DNA of 64,000 bases from positions 1,894,115 to 1,958,114 of the forward strand of contig MU053365.1 of the NCBI GenBank assembly GCA_013239625.1. Direction: 5' to 3'. Source of the stretch: Lama guanicoe (lineage: Eukaryota). Both the position numbers and the translations under genes were made by a program. Position 1 is the first letter of the stretch. Each line of letters opens with the position of its first letter. Below the pieces are notes generated by a model. The model saw only the letters and a list, made by a program, of their open reading frames with translations, made no database searches and had not been told where the DNA came from. Below are positions 50,485 to 64,000 of this stretch, piece by piece.

Positions 50485-53400
50485 ATAGTGCATTTTATAA
50501 TAATCCTCAAGGATAGGATTATGGTTGGCCTATTCTTAACCCTCTCCAATTCTTCCAGGATTACATGAAATATACCCGATACAGTCCCTCTTACCACAGA
50601 AATATCTGAATAAGATTTGAATTGAACATTGGAAACATGTGCCAGTTGTCCCTGGAGAATTTTCACATGGAATCTAGAACACCCACTTTGAATCATCAAG
50701 AATGTAATCACTGTATCCATGCAGATAAAGGATCATTATTTCCATCTTCCCTAGGGCTTCAGTTTTTGTACATCACTTCTAATCTCCCCAGTATACATGT
50801 GCAATTATATCGTCTTTGGCATAATTCATATATTCTTGGCCATGTATGCTGTAGAGACAATTGATCCTCCTTCTTTGTTGGGCATCCCCTAGTCTAAGGT
50901 GGGTGGTAATCACTGAACTGCAAAATTTTAAGAACAGTGAACAATGAATTCTAATCACACAAACAAGGATGAGGATCCAGGGAGAATTCAAGACAGGACA
51001 AAGGAAATATATAGCAGCAGCAGGTGCTCTGATAATTATATTTCAACTTGTCAGAAAGATGGGCATGGCCTCTCTGGTGGTCCTGACACTGGGTCCTGAC
51101 AAAGCAGTCAGAGAGGTAAGCACTCTCCGGCAGCCCGTACAGCAGCATGCTTTATGTCCATCCTTGCTGCCTTTTGCGTTCATTAAAGTTCAGGGAACAA
51201 ATACAGGCACTTAAAATGCTTCTGGACAGCCTCCCACTTTGCCATGTGGAACATGGATGTTTCAGTCACCTCCGTCTATCTGTCTGCATCGGCTGACATC
51301 TAGTGCAATGAATGAGACCAGATGCAATAACAAATCGAGAAAAAGAAACCAATAAAACTCTTGGCTTTGCTTTGAGCTGCCTGTACTATGGGCAATAGCA
51401 GATGACAGCCTATGTGCCTAGATATTTTTTTAACTCCTTCAGAACTCCAACAGAAGCTTTGACGGACAAGGAGCCACCAGGAATCGATCAAGGCTTGCAT
51501 CCACTCTGCTTTGTTTGGTGCAAACTGCACACAGGAAAACATGCAAAGATCCTTTTTGCTTTAATCCTAATACGCTGTCAAGTGATTGAAATCACCTACC
51601 TTCTGGTTGTGACCATAAAATCAACAGCCCAGAGAGGCAAGGTTTTATTTGACAACTGTATTACTAAAGACCTATGAAAAATCTTAAGAACAAGAACTTT
51701 TTTATACTCAGAAAAAGGTAGTGAGGAAAACTGCAAAATCACTTTTTATTGCTTGCCAAGGGCAAGAAATTATAAGCATAAAGAGCAAAGAACCACAAAC
51801 AGCACAGATATCACTGCACCTTCTTCATGTTTATGCATCATGTCATGAGAAAGGCTTTCCGGAAATACAAACTGTAAACACATCTCAGAGAAAAATGGAA
51901 ATGAGGAAAAAGCTAAGGCATTGCTTTGTATAGGGATCTCACGCATCTTTCCCTTGCCTTTATCTGCCTTCCCATCAAAGGAGAGAAACCATAGAAGTGA
52001 CAGTAAATCTTTTCAAAGGGTTCTAGTTAATTTAAAGAGATGATATTTCTTAATGACGGTCTTGAAATAGAGACAAGAAGTGGGGCAGCATAATGTAGGG
52101 AAGCTCAGGGCCAGGTTAAACTGTCCCGGTGCAAAAGAAATTCAGGGACAGGAGGCAGCCTCAGGAATTTCAGAGCTGAAAATGTCCTGGCTATTAGGCC
52201 ACTGTAGTTGGTATATCAAAAAAAAAAGCAATGTTAAAGGGAAACAGTTTTCCATAGGTAATTTATAAAACATGAAAGTGAAGATTCTGTCTACTTTGAT
52301 GTGTGAGTACTCTGCCTTTTTTAAATTTAAAGGTAAATTCAAATTTGGCTTAATGAGCTAAGCAGCATATTAAAATAAGAGTAACACAATTCTTCTTCTA
52401 GATTCATGATAACTAGTTTCAATATGTTTCTGGGGGAGGGGGAAACATGCCATTAAAAGATCTAAATAAGACATTTTTCTCAGCCAAAGCTGTCACTGAG
52501 AAGGATAAATGATCAAAATGCGTCCTTGCAATGGACAGGCTACTCTTCATGTTAGAGTGGCTATTTGAACAAATTTTTATCTTGATTCTGCAAAAACAAA
52601 GTTTATTTCTATATTTATAAAATGCGGCTTTATTTCTAAATAAGTGGTCTCATCATCCCGTTTTCTCCAACTTAAATTTTCAATAAATATAATGAATAGT
52701 CTTCTATCAACCTCCAGGGTGGGAAAGCGGGAAGACATTCAAGTGAAAATGAATGGACCCACTAGTGCTGTCTAATACTGGACACTGGTGGCACCCCGCT
52801 CTGCACTTCCCTTTACTGGAGCAATAGTTCGGCTTTAAAATGTCAGCTATTTTTCTTATGGGATCATCAAAATCCAAATGTATTCACTGGGAAAAAAATA
52901 CATATAGCTGTATATAGCTAAATCTTACTAACCGCTTATTATGGGATCGTCACTGAACTAAACTATGTACTCACTTATTTCTCATGTAATCCTTACGACA
53001 AACCTATGAGGTATATGTCCTTTCCCATTTTGTAGGTGATAAACTGAAGCAAAGATAGATTAAGAAATTTGTATATATGGAAATAAAATGGCAAAGAAAG
53101 AACCCTGGGCCATGTGCTGTGAAGGACTGAAAAATGTTATGATCTGTTAGACAAAATAGATCATGACATTTATACACAAATATAGACACAAAGAACTATA
53201 GTATAAAAGAATCAAATAGTAGTTATAGAGATATAAAGCAAATAATTTCAGCCCAATTAAGGCATTTGCTTAGTCAGTGAGGTACACACACACACCCCAA
53301 CACACTTAGATCCTTTATGTAATGAAGTGGGTATACATAAATAATTGTAAATGGAGAGGAAAAGGGAATGGAAGAATATTAAAGCAAGGAGGCAGATTGG

Positions 53401-53929
53401 CATACATATTATCAAATGACAAAATTAATACAAATGAGGAACAAATTTGATGTACTTTACTTAAGAGAAAACAATCCATGGACTGGGGGAGTATAGTGAC
53501 TCACAAGCAGCACACTGTTTGGGAGGGATGTGGGGCAAGAGCAGGTGGTACAGAGCAGTAGATGAGTCACCATGGAAACGGCATGACTGCTCTGGGACCA
53601 GGATTTCCTTACAAGGCTAGCAGGTCCTATTCTCCAGGGTAAGGTGAACTAGCTAAAACTGAGTTGGTAGATTATGACTGATGTATGTTAAGTTCCCTAG
53701 ACTGCTGTTTCCAGTAAGTGCAGACTGACTAGGGTTTAGATCTGTGACATGGGCAGGACAACCACTTGGGTGGCCTCCACTTTGTGGCCCCTGATTTATG
53801 AACGAACCTGATCACTATTTATGGACCATATGGCCCAGTGCAATTGCTGGAGCTGGGCAAAGACTTATTCCTAATAATGCAGTGACCAAAACAGGGTAAG
53901 GGTTAAACAGAAGCACTATGGGCATATTG

Positions 53930-54087
53930 GGCATGTTGATTCTTTGTTCTTCAAGTCTATTCTGCACACTTGCAGGACACTTAGCCACTGTCCTCTAAAT
54001 CAGAGTAGTTGATTGTAGTAGCCCCAGTCTTTGTGACAACCACAATGCCTCCACACATTTCCAATTCTCCCACTTGAGGACCACTGA
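53930..54087. mobile_element. MER20-like hAT MITE
   Basis: TGTGACAACCACAATGCCTCCACACATTTCCAA...TTGAGGACCACTG. Confidence 0.65.
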
Positions 54088-55154
54088 ATTACAAGGTCTA
54101 CGTTGTTCACCATCTTCTACTTAGAAAACAGTAATCAATTACTTTAGAGTGGATCTGATCCTCAGTGCTGACAATTTTTTTTATTGTAATGTTACTTAAA
54201 CATGTACAAACATAAAGCTAGGTACAAATTTGTTTTTATAATTTGTTAGTACTATAAAACCATATATAATTAATGACAACAAAATCATAAAATCTATGGA
54301 AACAAAACCATAGCGCAAAACACATATAATGATACTGACTGACATGGCCCATTTCTTTGTGCTTTGTGTGATGTGTCAATTCTTCTCATCATTTTTGTAT
54401 TGACAAGTCATTTTCAACTCTTAATTTGTACAGCATGCCATTGTATAGTTTGACCTTCACTTGGTGCAAATCCCTCACTTATATATATAACCCATATCTA
54501 GTCCTTCCTCACTAGTTCAAGGCTAAGTTGTAGTACTTGGTGCCAACATGATTACAAAACTAAACACATGCACGGACACCATGTGGCAGGATTCAATTAA
54601 AAGATGTTAGGAAATTCAGAAGTCTCCAAGTTACAAAATTTTCACAGATTTGCTCTCTTCATTAATGGAATTTTTCTAAGTGATTGTTAAATCTGTCATT
54701 TGTCCCAGGTACGTGGACTCTAAGATAAACTATGTGGTTCTTGGTGGAGAAAGAGATCATTTTTCCAATTTAAAGAAAAATGGATACTAGTGGATACTAA
54801 AAACATAAATGAGCTTTAATCATTGTCACCAATCACATAACGTGGAAAGCATTCTTTGTGTCTTTGCCCATACACTTAAAGTTTTGCAGGCAGCACTGAA
54901 CACAAAAATTGGGTTTATGTCAAGTGTCCTCTCCTCCTTGCAGAAAGCCTGACCCTATGCCTGCCTTATTCTTATTTAAAGGATTCCAGTTGGCAGGAAC
55001 TTCTTGATTCTAGAAGAGTTTAGGAACTAAACAGACCCAGCATATTTTATACATCCTCCTCAGAGACTAAATGTTATGCTTTATTTCCATAGACTAGTGA
55101 GCACTTCCCAAATATGTATTCTTAATAAATCGTAATATTGCTAACATCATTCAG

Positions 55155-56035
55155 ATGCTGAAATATCTATTTCTGATACATAGTTGGTCTTCTCTGCAGT
55201 TGCTGGCTCACAACCTCCCCAAACCCTTGGAATTTCCTGAGGATAAGAGCAATGGGAGCATCTTTTGTTATACTATTTTGCCTCAGTTCCTGAAAATGCT
55301 TCAGAGCCATAAAAGTGAAATGGGTGCCTTGTTATTTTTAACAAGGTCCTTTCTACCACCGCTGGGCTTATGTTAATGAGGTGACTTTTGAAAAGCACCT
55401 GAGGATAGGGGTTGGTTGCTATGGGAATAGACCTTGGATTTACTTGGAACTTTCTGTGCCAACCCCTGATTTCCAGGGACGGGGGAGGAGCTGGCGGTTG
55501 AGTCAATCACCAAGTGGCCAGCAGTTTAATCAGTCATGCCTATGTAATGAAGCCTTCATAAAAACCCATAAGGAGCAGTTCCAGAGAGCTTATGGGTTGG
55601 TGAACATGTGGAGGTGCTGGAAGAGGGGTACACCTAGAGGGGATATGCAAGCCCCACACCCCTTCCCCATGGCTTGTCCTAAACATCTCTTCTGTCTGGC
55701 TGTTGGAGTTATATCCTTTATATAATCAACTAGTAAGTAAATCTAGTAGGTAAAATTCTTCTGAGTTCTGTGAGCCACTGTAGCATATTGGTTGAAACCA
55801 AAGAGGGAACCTCTGATTTATAGCCGGTTGGTCAGAAACACAGGTGATAAACTGCACTTTCAACTGGTGTCTAAAACAGGGGGTGAGGACTGAGCCCTCA
55901 ACTTGTGAGAGACAATGCTATCTTTGGGTAGTGTCAGAACTGAGTTAAATTGTAGGACACACAGCTGGTGTCAAGAACTGCTTGTTGGATGTGTGGGGAC
56001 TCTCCAACAGTGGAACTGGTAATTGGTGACCAGAA
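55155..56035 (+). mobile_element. MER21-like LTR
   Basis: AAACCCTTGGAATTTCCTGAGGATAAGAG, TTTAATCAGTCATGCCTATGTAATGAAGCC and CTGAGTTCTGTGAGCCACT. Confidence 0.8.
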
Positions 56036-57169
56036 CTCCTTTCTAGTGTTCTCATAAAAAAAAAAAAATAGTCATTAATTGAAGCTGTGTTAAGAAAAGA
56101 ATTAAGTCCTTTATTACTGCACTCGAAAGTTTTCCACACGCTAAATTATATTGTACATCCTCAAGAGGAAAATATAGTATTGTTAAATTTATTTAACATT
56201 TAATATTCTATCATTATATTTATTATAATAAACTTCAAATATCATGATTCTAGAACAGTGTTCCTGTAACTAGCAAAAGCTCAAACAGTACAACAAACTA
56301 AGAAATGATTTATTTGGGAGAGATATTTGGCTCCACCACTATATTAGTTCATGATCTGGGACAAGAGCCTAACTTCTTCAAGCCTCATTTTCTAGTTCTG
56401 AAAACATGGATTATAATAAAAATTATCTAACAGGGTTATTGAGCAGATCAAGTATAGTATGTCCAAAGAGCTAGCAATCGATGTTAGCTATTCGTATTTC
56501 ACATCAGCGATTTGACTGCCTCTTTCTCTCTTTACTGCAGTACTAATTCACCTGCTCATATGTGTAATTGTTGAAAGTTAACCACAAACAATTATGAAAG
56601 ATGCCAGTGAAAATATCCATTTATTCACTCATTCACTCAACAAGTAATTATTGAAAACCTACCATGTATTCGCCACTGTGTCAAATTGTGAAGACAGAGA
56701 AATGGATTGGACATGAGGTTCCTGTCCTGGAGCGGCTCGTGGCTTCTTACGGGAGAGAGCCATAAAAATAGGTCACAGTATGGTGTCAAGGCAGAACAAG
56801 TTGTGATGAACTACCTGGGAGAAAGAAGCAGATGTGGCTTCCTGGAGTAGGTGAGAGCTGACCTTGCACTTGAACGAAGACTCACTAGGTTGGAGGTAAG
56901 AAAGGCGGGGCAAGAAATGCACTCCAGGCTCAAGAAACGCCATGCAGGCTTCAAACAGCATTGTGTGTCCTAAAAATTTTAGTTTGCGGTTTCTACAGCA
57001 AAAAGGTTACAGAGGACAACAGTAGATGGGACCGCAGAAAGCACCATCCTTGTATAATAAATGCATGTAACCTCTTTAAAATGTCGCCTTGCTTTGCAGT
57101 TCATTTTACAACTTTGTTCTTGGTCGGTGAATTAATTCATACAATCAACTCTCAGTTATAACAAGCAAA

Positions 57170-57385
57170 GCTAACTTATTGTGCACTTACTGCGTGCCAG
57201 GCAGCATTCTAAGATTTTTACATTTGAGAACATTTAATTCTTCCGACTCTCAGAAGTATGCACTGATCACACCACTTTGCAAATAAGAAAATCAAGCTCT
57301 TAAATGGCTTGTCCAAGTTCATGAGGCTAGTCGATGACAGAATCAAGACAGGCTCCAGAGTCTGTCTTCCTATTACCCAGCCATT
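57170..57385 (-). mobile_element. MIR SINE
   Basis: CACTTACTGCGTGCCAGGCA...ATAAGAAAATCAAGCTC...CTTGTCCAAG. Confidence 0.6.
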
Positions 57386-58458
57386 CTCAACCCCCCCGCC
57401 CCCCGGTGTTATTATTTGCTCTGTCTGCTCTCCCCAGCAGAACGGGACACACTAAGTTTTCAACGTTGTCTTTCAAACATTTTGCCTGTTTTCTTCATAG
57501 CACTTATTCCAACTTGTAATTACTTTTTTATTCTCCTGGTTTGATTTTTTATGTCTCCCCTACAATGTACAAAGTCTTTGCCTCTGTTCATTACTGACCA
57601 AGTCCTACCATAGTACTAACATATAGTAAGCATTCCCTAAATATGTTAAGTGCATTTCCATCTTAAAAAGACAATTTGGGGGGCAGCAAAGCTGTGCTTC
57701 TGGCACAGAATTTTATCATTCAAGAGTGCTAAAGGCAGAATTTGAATGCATTTAAACAGAAAATGCCTGTTCCACCATAACATATATCTGTCCAATAGAT
57801 TTTTGGGAAAACATTTTTTTTTTTTAACAAAATGCCAGTTGTTCATTAGATTTCAACACTCTCCAATCTCAACTCCTGCCTGCAAGTTAAACCCAGCATC
57901 ACAGGTGATTGCATTACTCATTCTCGCTCTCCCTTTGTTATGAAACAGGCAAGTCTCCATTCACCTGGCTATGCAGTTTTCTGTTCCACAATATAGATTC
58001 CTTTCAAAACAGGGAGGTCAAATCTAGCTGGTCTTGTGGCAAATCCTGCAGATATGTTTTACTTGGCCAACATAGTAGTTCTTGTAAAGGACTGAATTTC
58101 AAGATCTTTAAATCAAGCATGCATTCCCCAGTCTAAGAGAGGTTAGGCCATCCCCTGCTTCCTTGTACCTGACTTTACGAAACAGTTAACTGAAAGGCTG
58201 GCAGCAAAGTGGAAAAAACTGGTTCTGGGTCTCTCACCTTGCGGATGGAAATGCAAGTCATACACCTGTTTGAGAAACCAATTTGGCATCATCTTTTAAG
58301 TAAAAAGACACCTACTCCAACCCAGCAAGCCTCAATAATTTGGTGAATCGGTCATTTAAAAAATTGGCTTCCAGCAAATTGATTTTTGACTAATTGGCCT
58401 CCTTCTAGCATTCAGTAAATGTTAAGTATTGTTTTCATTTGAATTTTTAATTACTGGT

Positions 58459-58895
58459 TGTGAACGCTGTGGTTCACTGCCTAGATACCTCTTCAGCACC
58501 AAGGCACTTATTTCCCCAGCTGCCAGGAGTGCTGGTTGCTGAGGGCCCACAGCTGCAACTGGCTCTGAGCATTGCCCCTTATCTAGGAGTTGCCTCCCTC
58601 AAGGTTATGTCTCTTCTCCAAGGGCAGTCGGCATCCAACGACTGGTCAGTACAGGACTACAAAGGCCAGGCCCCTAGCCTCCATCCTGGATGACTATGAA
58701 GGGCCACCCCAGCTTCAGAGCTTCTTGTCAAGTCGGAGGAGCAGTCTGTTGCAACCGCATCACAATTCACCTTCTCCTGCAGCTCAGTCCCGCCCCCGCC
58801 TTCCTCCCTCGCAGGTGTTTCGGACTGCGCTCCCCAGCCAGTCTCCTGAATGCAAATTTCCCTCTTGGAGTCTGTTTCTCCAGAACCCCATATAA
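58459..58895 (+). mobile_element. ERVL LTR (LTR16-like)
   Basis: TTCCCCAGCTGCCAGGAGTGCTGGTTGCTGA...CCTGAATGCAAATTTCCCTCTTGGAGTCTGTTTC. Confidence 0.75.
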
Positions 58896-59949
58896 CTCAC
58901 TCATGATATTGAGTAACATTTTAAAATAAAAATCCTATCTTCATTAGAGATTTTGCAAATTGCAAAAGAAAACATCCTTGTATCTAGGGAAAAAATATAC
59001 AACAAAGATGCTAGTCACCCTGTTCCACAGAAATAAAAACCCAAGTACCTAAATAAATATACAAAATCATTTACTGCAGCTTTTCTCATGGGATCACAAA
59101 GCTGGGAATGACCCTCCACTCTCTAAATGAGGGAAATAACTAAATGACTTAGCATGCACTGATACCATAAGTTATTATGAATAATAATTAAAAAAACCCA
59201 ATGACTTGGAGCTCTATTAGTTGACTTGGTGGGATTTTATGAGGTTTTGATGAGTAACAGAAACAAAGATGGAAAGAAATGTTAATATATGATCCTTTGT
59301 TAAAACATAGAATGATAAACTGTGTATCAGTGTTGTGTGTGTACAAGTAAATGTGTGTATATTCACATGGATTAAAGTAGAGCTGTTAACCTGGGTTTTG
59401 GAATGGGACTACACTGATGGAATACATTCGGTCACGTGTTACAGTAAGCACATTCATTTGAAATTGGAGAAACATCTGATCACGAAGGATCTTAATTGAA
59501 TTTTAAATTTCGACATCATTAAGTGAAAATTTCAGCACAAATAGTTTCCAGTCATTGAGCTCTGGGAGCAGGCCCATTTGCTGGAAGGCAATTCATTGAA
59601 ATCCAACCTACCAGGAGACAAATTTGCCAAATTATTGTTAAAGTTCTAACTTTTCCTGCTCCTGCTATTTGTCGTCGTATCTCTTAGTAGCAGGCTAAAT
59701 GCAGTCTCCCTTCCTCCTTTACTCTGTCGCCACATCTTGCCCTGCCCCTAACTTGACTTATGTCTCTGCCCCGCTTCCCCAGAGACAGTCTCTTCTGTGG
59801 ACTTTGGCCTTCTTCCTCTGGCAATGTAAAGCCTGTAGTGAACCCTCCAAAGCCAGGTTTCAGCTACTTGTCTTTCAGTTTGCAGGGAACTGCTCATTTA
59901 GTAAATTGATTAGCAAGGAATTTATTCTGCATGAATTTACCCAGCTGCG

Positions 59950-60170
59950 TTAGGTAGTTACTATGCCCCTGGCGCTGTACTTAGCCTTTTACTTATGTGA
60001 TCTCATTCAGTCCTCATCAGCAGCCTTAAGAGTTAGATACTACCATTTGCCTCACTTTATGAATGAGGAAACCGGAACTTAAGCGTTATTAACTATCTTG
60101 CCCAGGGACTCACGTAACAGCAGAGCTAGGGTTCAAATTCAGATCCAACTGATCCAAAGACCAGAGTTAT
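59950..60170 (-). mobile_element. MIR SINE
   Basis: ATCTCATTCAGTCCTCA...ATGAGGAAACCGG...CTTGCCCAGGG...GGGTTCAAATTCAG. Confidence 0.75.
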
Positions 60171-60521
60171 TCACCAGAAAAACAAAACAGTTTCCCCCTT
60201 CAACTTAGCAAATATAAGAACAAATGATATCACTGTTGGCATGTTCACACGTGCTAGAGAATCTGGGTTCAAATTTTCTGGAGGATAAGTTTCCAACATG
60301 TTTTTAAAATGTGCATTATGAGTAAACAGGCAATTCTCCTAGATAGCATTCTACCCTCAGAATAACATTCATAATTAAGTAAAATTTTTTTTCAAGTACT
60401 GCTTCAAATAGAAAAAAAAAATAATCGAAATGTCCAATAGTAGTAAAATCCAAGAATACTTGTGATAGTAGCACAAAAACAAGATAAATGGTACATAACT
60501 TTTAAAAAAATAAAATGTAAC

Positions 60522-60965
60522 TTTTAGAAGTATAGTTGATTTACATTATATTAGTTTCAGTGTACAGCATAGTGATTCAATATTTTTATAGATTGTACTC
60601 CATTTAAAGTTATTACAAAAGAATGGTTGTATTTCCCTCTGCTGTACGATATATCCTTGTTGCTTTTGTATTTTATATATAGCAGTCTGTACGTCTTAAT
60701 CCCATACAACTCTTTTGCCTCTCCCATCCTTCCCCTCTCCACTGGTAACCACAAGATTATTCTCTTTATCTGTGAATCTGCTTCTTTTTTGTTTTATACA
60801 TTTATTTGTTTGATTTCTTAGATTCCATATCTAAGCAATAACAGAGTATTTTTCTTTCTCTCTCTGACTTATTTCACCAGCCATAATACTCTCTATGTCC
60901 ATTCACATTGTTGCAATGGCAGAATTTCATTCTTTTTTATGGTTGAGTAATATTCCACTCTCTAT

Positions 60966-61004
<39 letters not shown>

Positions 61005-63982
61005 CTCCACATCTTCTTTATCCATTCGTCTGTTGATGGAACTTAGGTTGCTTCCATATCTTTGCTATTGTAAATAATGCTATGAACATTGGGGTGCCTG
61101 TATCATTTCAAATAAATGTTTTTATTTTTTTCAATATATACTCAGGAGTGGAATTGCTGAATCATATGGTGGTTCTATTTTTAGTTTTTTGAGGACCCTC
61201 CATACTGTTTTCTACAGTGGCTGTACCAATTTACATTTATCACCAGTAGTGTACAAGGGTTCTCTTTTCTCCACATCCTCTCCAACATTTGTTATTTGTG
61301 GTCTTTTAGATGATAGCCATTCTGATAGGTTGAGGTGCTATCTTGTTGTGGTTTTGATCTGCATTTCTCTGATGATGAGATGTTGAGCATCTTTTCATGT
61401 GCCTGTTGGCCATCTGTATGTCTTCTTTCAAAAAAATGTCCATTTGGGTCTTCTGCCCATTTCTTAATTGGGTTGTTTGTTTTATTCATATTGAGCTATA
61501 TGAGCTGTTTATATATTTTGGATAATAATGCCTTATCAGTCATGTCATTTGTAAATATTCTTTCCCATTCCATAGATTGTCCTTTCATTTTGTCAATGGC
61601 TTCCTTTGCTGTGCAAAAGCTTTTAAGTTTAATTAGGTCCCATTTGTTTATTTTTGCTTTTATTTCTTTTGTCTAAGGAGAAAGGTCTAAAAATATAGTA
61701 CTATGATTTATGTCAAAGAGTGTTCTTCCTATGTTTTACTCTAGGAATTTCATAGTGTCCAATCTTACATTCAGGTCTTTAATCCACTCTGAATTTATTT
61801 TTGTATATGATGTGAGGAAGTGCTATAATCTCATTCTTTTACATGTCGCTGTCCAGTTTTCCCAGCATCACTTGCTGAAGAGGTTGTCTTTTCTTTTCTC
61901 CACTGTATATCCTTTCCTCCTTTATCATGGATTAATTAACCATAAGTGTGTGAGTATATTTCTGGGCTCTGTATTCTAGTCCACTGATCTATGTGTCTGT
62001 TCTTGTTCTATTACCATGCTGTTTTGATTACTATAGCTTTGTAGTACAGTCTGAAGTGTGGGTGGTTTATACCTCCAGCTTTGTTCTTTTTTTTCTCTCA
62101 AGATTGCTTTGGCAATTCAGAGTGTTTCGTGGTTCCACATACATTTTAGGAATTTTTGTTCTGGTTTTGTGAAAAATGTCTTGGGTATTTTGATACAGAT
62201 TGCATTAAATTTGTAGATTGTTTTGTATAGTATGGACATTTAACAATATTAATTCTTCCAATCGAAGAATATGGTATATCTTTCCATTTCTTTGTATCAT
62301 TTTCAAATTCCGTCATTAATGCCTTATAGTTTTCAGAGCATAGGTCTTTCACCTCCTTGGTTAAGTTTATTTCTAGGCATTTAATTCTTTCTGATGTAAT
62401 TTTAAACTTGATTTTTTTTTTTACTTTCTTTTTGATAGTTCATTAGTGTACAGAAACAGATTTCTGTATATTAATCCTGCATCCTGCAATTTTACTGAAT
62501 TAACTTATTAGTTCTACTGAGTTTTTGGTGGAGACTTTAAAGGTTTTCTATATTTAGTATCATTTCATTTGCAACTAGTGAGTTTTACTTATACAGTTTG
62601 GATGTCTTTTCTTTTTCTTGTCTAATTCCTGTGGCTAGGACTTCCAATGCTATGCTAAATAGAAGTGGTGAGATTGGTCTTCCTTGTCTTCTTCTTGAAT
62701 TTAGAGGAAAGGCTTTCAGCTTTTCACCATTGAATATGTTAGCTGTGGGTTTGTCATAAATGGCCTTTACTGTGTTGAGATGTTCCCTGTATACCCACTT
62801 TCATGAGTTTTTAATCATGAATGGATGTTACATTTTGTCAAGTGCTTTTTCTCCATCTATAGAGATGATCATGTGATTTTTATGCTTAGTTTTGTTCATG
62901 TGGTGTATCACATTGATTTGAAATTATTATATCATCCTTGGATCCCTGAAACAAATCACACTTGATCAAAGGTGAATGATCCTTTTTATATAGTAATGAA
63001 TTCAGTTTGCTAGTATTTTGTAGAGTATTTTTGCATCTATATTCATCAGAGATATTGGTCTTTAATTTTCTTTTTGTAGTGTCTTTCTCTGGTTTTGGTA
63101 GCAGGGTAATGGTGGCCTCATAGAATGAACTTCGGAGTATTTCATCCTCTTCAATTTTTTGGAATAGTTTGAGAAGGATAGGTATTAGATCTTCTTTATA
63201 TGTTTGATAGAATCCCCTTGTAAAGCTGTCTGGTCCTGGACTTTTGTTTGCTGGGAGTTTATTATAAATTCAATTTCAGTACTAGTGATTGGTGTGAGCT
63301 TTAATGGTCAAGGCAGAGCTCAGGGCTGCTTCTGATGCCCTGCATGTGTAAGCACCAATAATGGCTGCCCCCACCCTGCCCAAATGCCACTTTGGGTCTG
63401 AGCAACCTTGTGTCTCACAGACAAACCCTTGTCTCAGTGTGGAGCTGCTCTGTGAAGCAGGCTAGGCTGGAGAGTTCAGTTGGATCAGGCTGTGGTGCAT
63501 GCTGGGGTGATCTGAAGTGGCCTGCCACTTGAGCAGTTTTCAATTTGCCCTGTCCAACCTGCTTTAGGAGCAAGCATGCATGCACGGCTCAGAAGTTAAG
63601 TCCAGGCTTCCCACAGCCCTCCTATCAGTCTCACTAGCCCTCCAACCAGCCCAGGGGGCTCGTCTTCCCTATGTAGGAGCCCATGGCTGGGGCTCCCAAA
63701 AGATGGCTCAAACTGCTTACTGCCCAGAGCCAATCTCTACCCATATAATCTCCCTTTTCCTCTGAGTCTCCTCCCAGGGGCACAGGTGTTGACCTGATCA
63801 CTTTTCTTCCCTTTGTACGCAATTTCATGTGGATCTTTTGTATAGCCTTGGCTGTAAAGGAGTCTGACGGTTTCCGGTTGGTTTTTAGTGAAAATTGCTC
63901 TACGTATAGAATTATTTTTAGTGTCTTTGTGGAGGGAGGTGAGTTCCATGTCCTCCTACTCCACCATCTTGATCTCCTCCCC
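60522..63982 (-). mobile_element. Relatively young L1 with intact 5' and 3' ends and a TSD, but a large internal deletion
   Basis: 5' start GGGGAGGAGATCAAGATGGTGGAGTAG at 63982. About 690 bp of 5' UTR is joined at 63294/63293 to mid-ORF2. RT and C-terminal remnants ([30 protein letters not shown]) and the 3' UTR follow. TSD AAAATGTAA(C/T)TT at 60512 and 63983. Confidence 0.88.
60968..60998. repeat. (CA)n microsatellite within the L1 3' region
   Basis: Directly visible. Confidence 0.95.
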
Positions 63983-64000
63983 AAAATGTAATTTATACAC

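Noticed and set aside
55155..55725. Overlapping ORFs of 73-114 aa
   Set aside because: They lie inside a MER21-like LTR and have no coding signature.
60557..63984. Multiple ORFs on both strands
   Set aside because: They are fragments or antisense frames of a disabled L1 (ORF2, UTRs).

Overview
Mammalian genomic DNA, most likely camelid (alpaca/llama/camel), judged from a tRNA-Ala-derived Vic-1-type SINE and a camelid-type L1 3' end. The window is AT-rich, mostly intergenic and full of old repeats (L1, L2, MIR, MER5A/MER20/MER58 hAT elements, MaLR/ERV1/ERVL LTRs). Two gene-derived features were recognised. (1) An apparently intact two-exon gene at 32401-32961 (+) encodes a 118-aa basic protein of the CXorf51/SPANX-like testis family. 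It has CCAAT/GT/TATA promoter motifs, a canonical intron and a polyA signal, and the ORF track shows only its second exon. (2) A decayed PUS3 processed pseudogene (35184-36777, -) is nested in an old L1. Structural oddities include an L1 with both ends and a TSD but a large internal deletion (possibly spliced), a 125-bp near-perfect inverted repeat, a micro-inversion, and recent tandem duplications, one of them in the testis-gene promoter. No rRNA, real tRNA gene or CRISPR was seen. Repeat family names and protein homologies are recalled from memory, not from a database search, and repeat boundaries are approximate unless a TSD is given.
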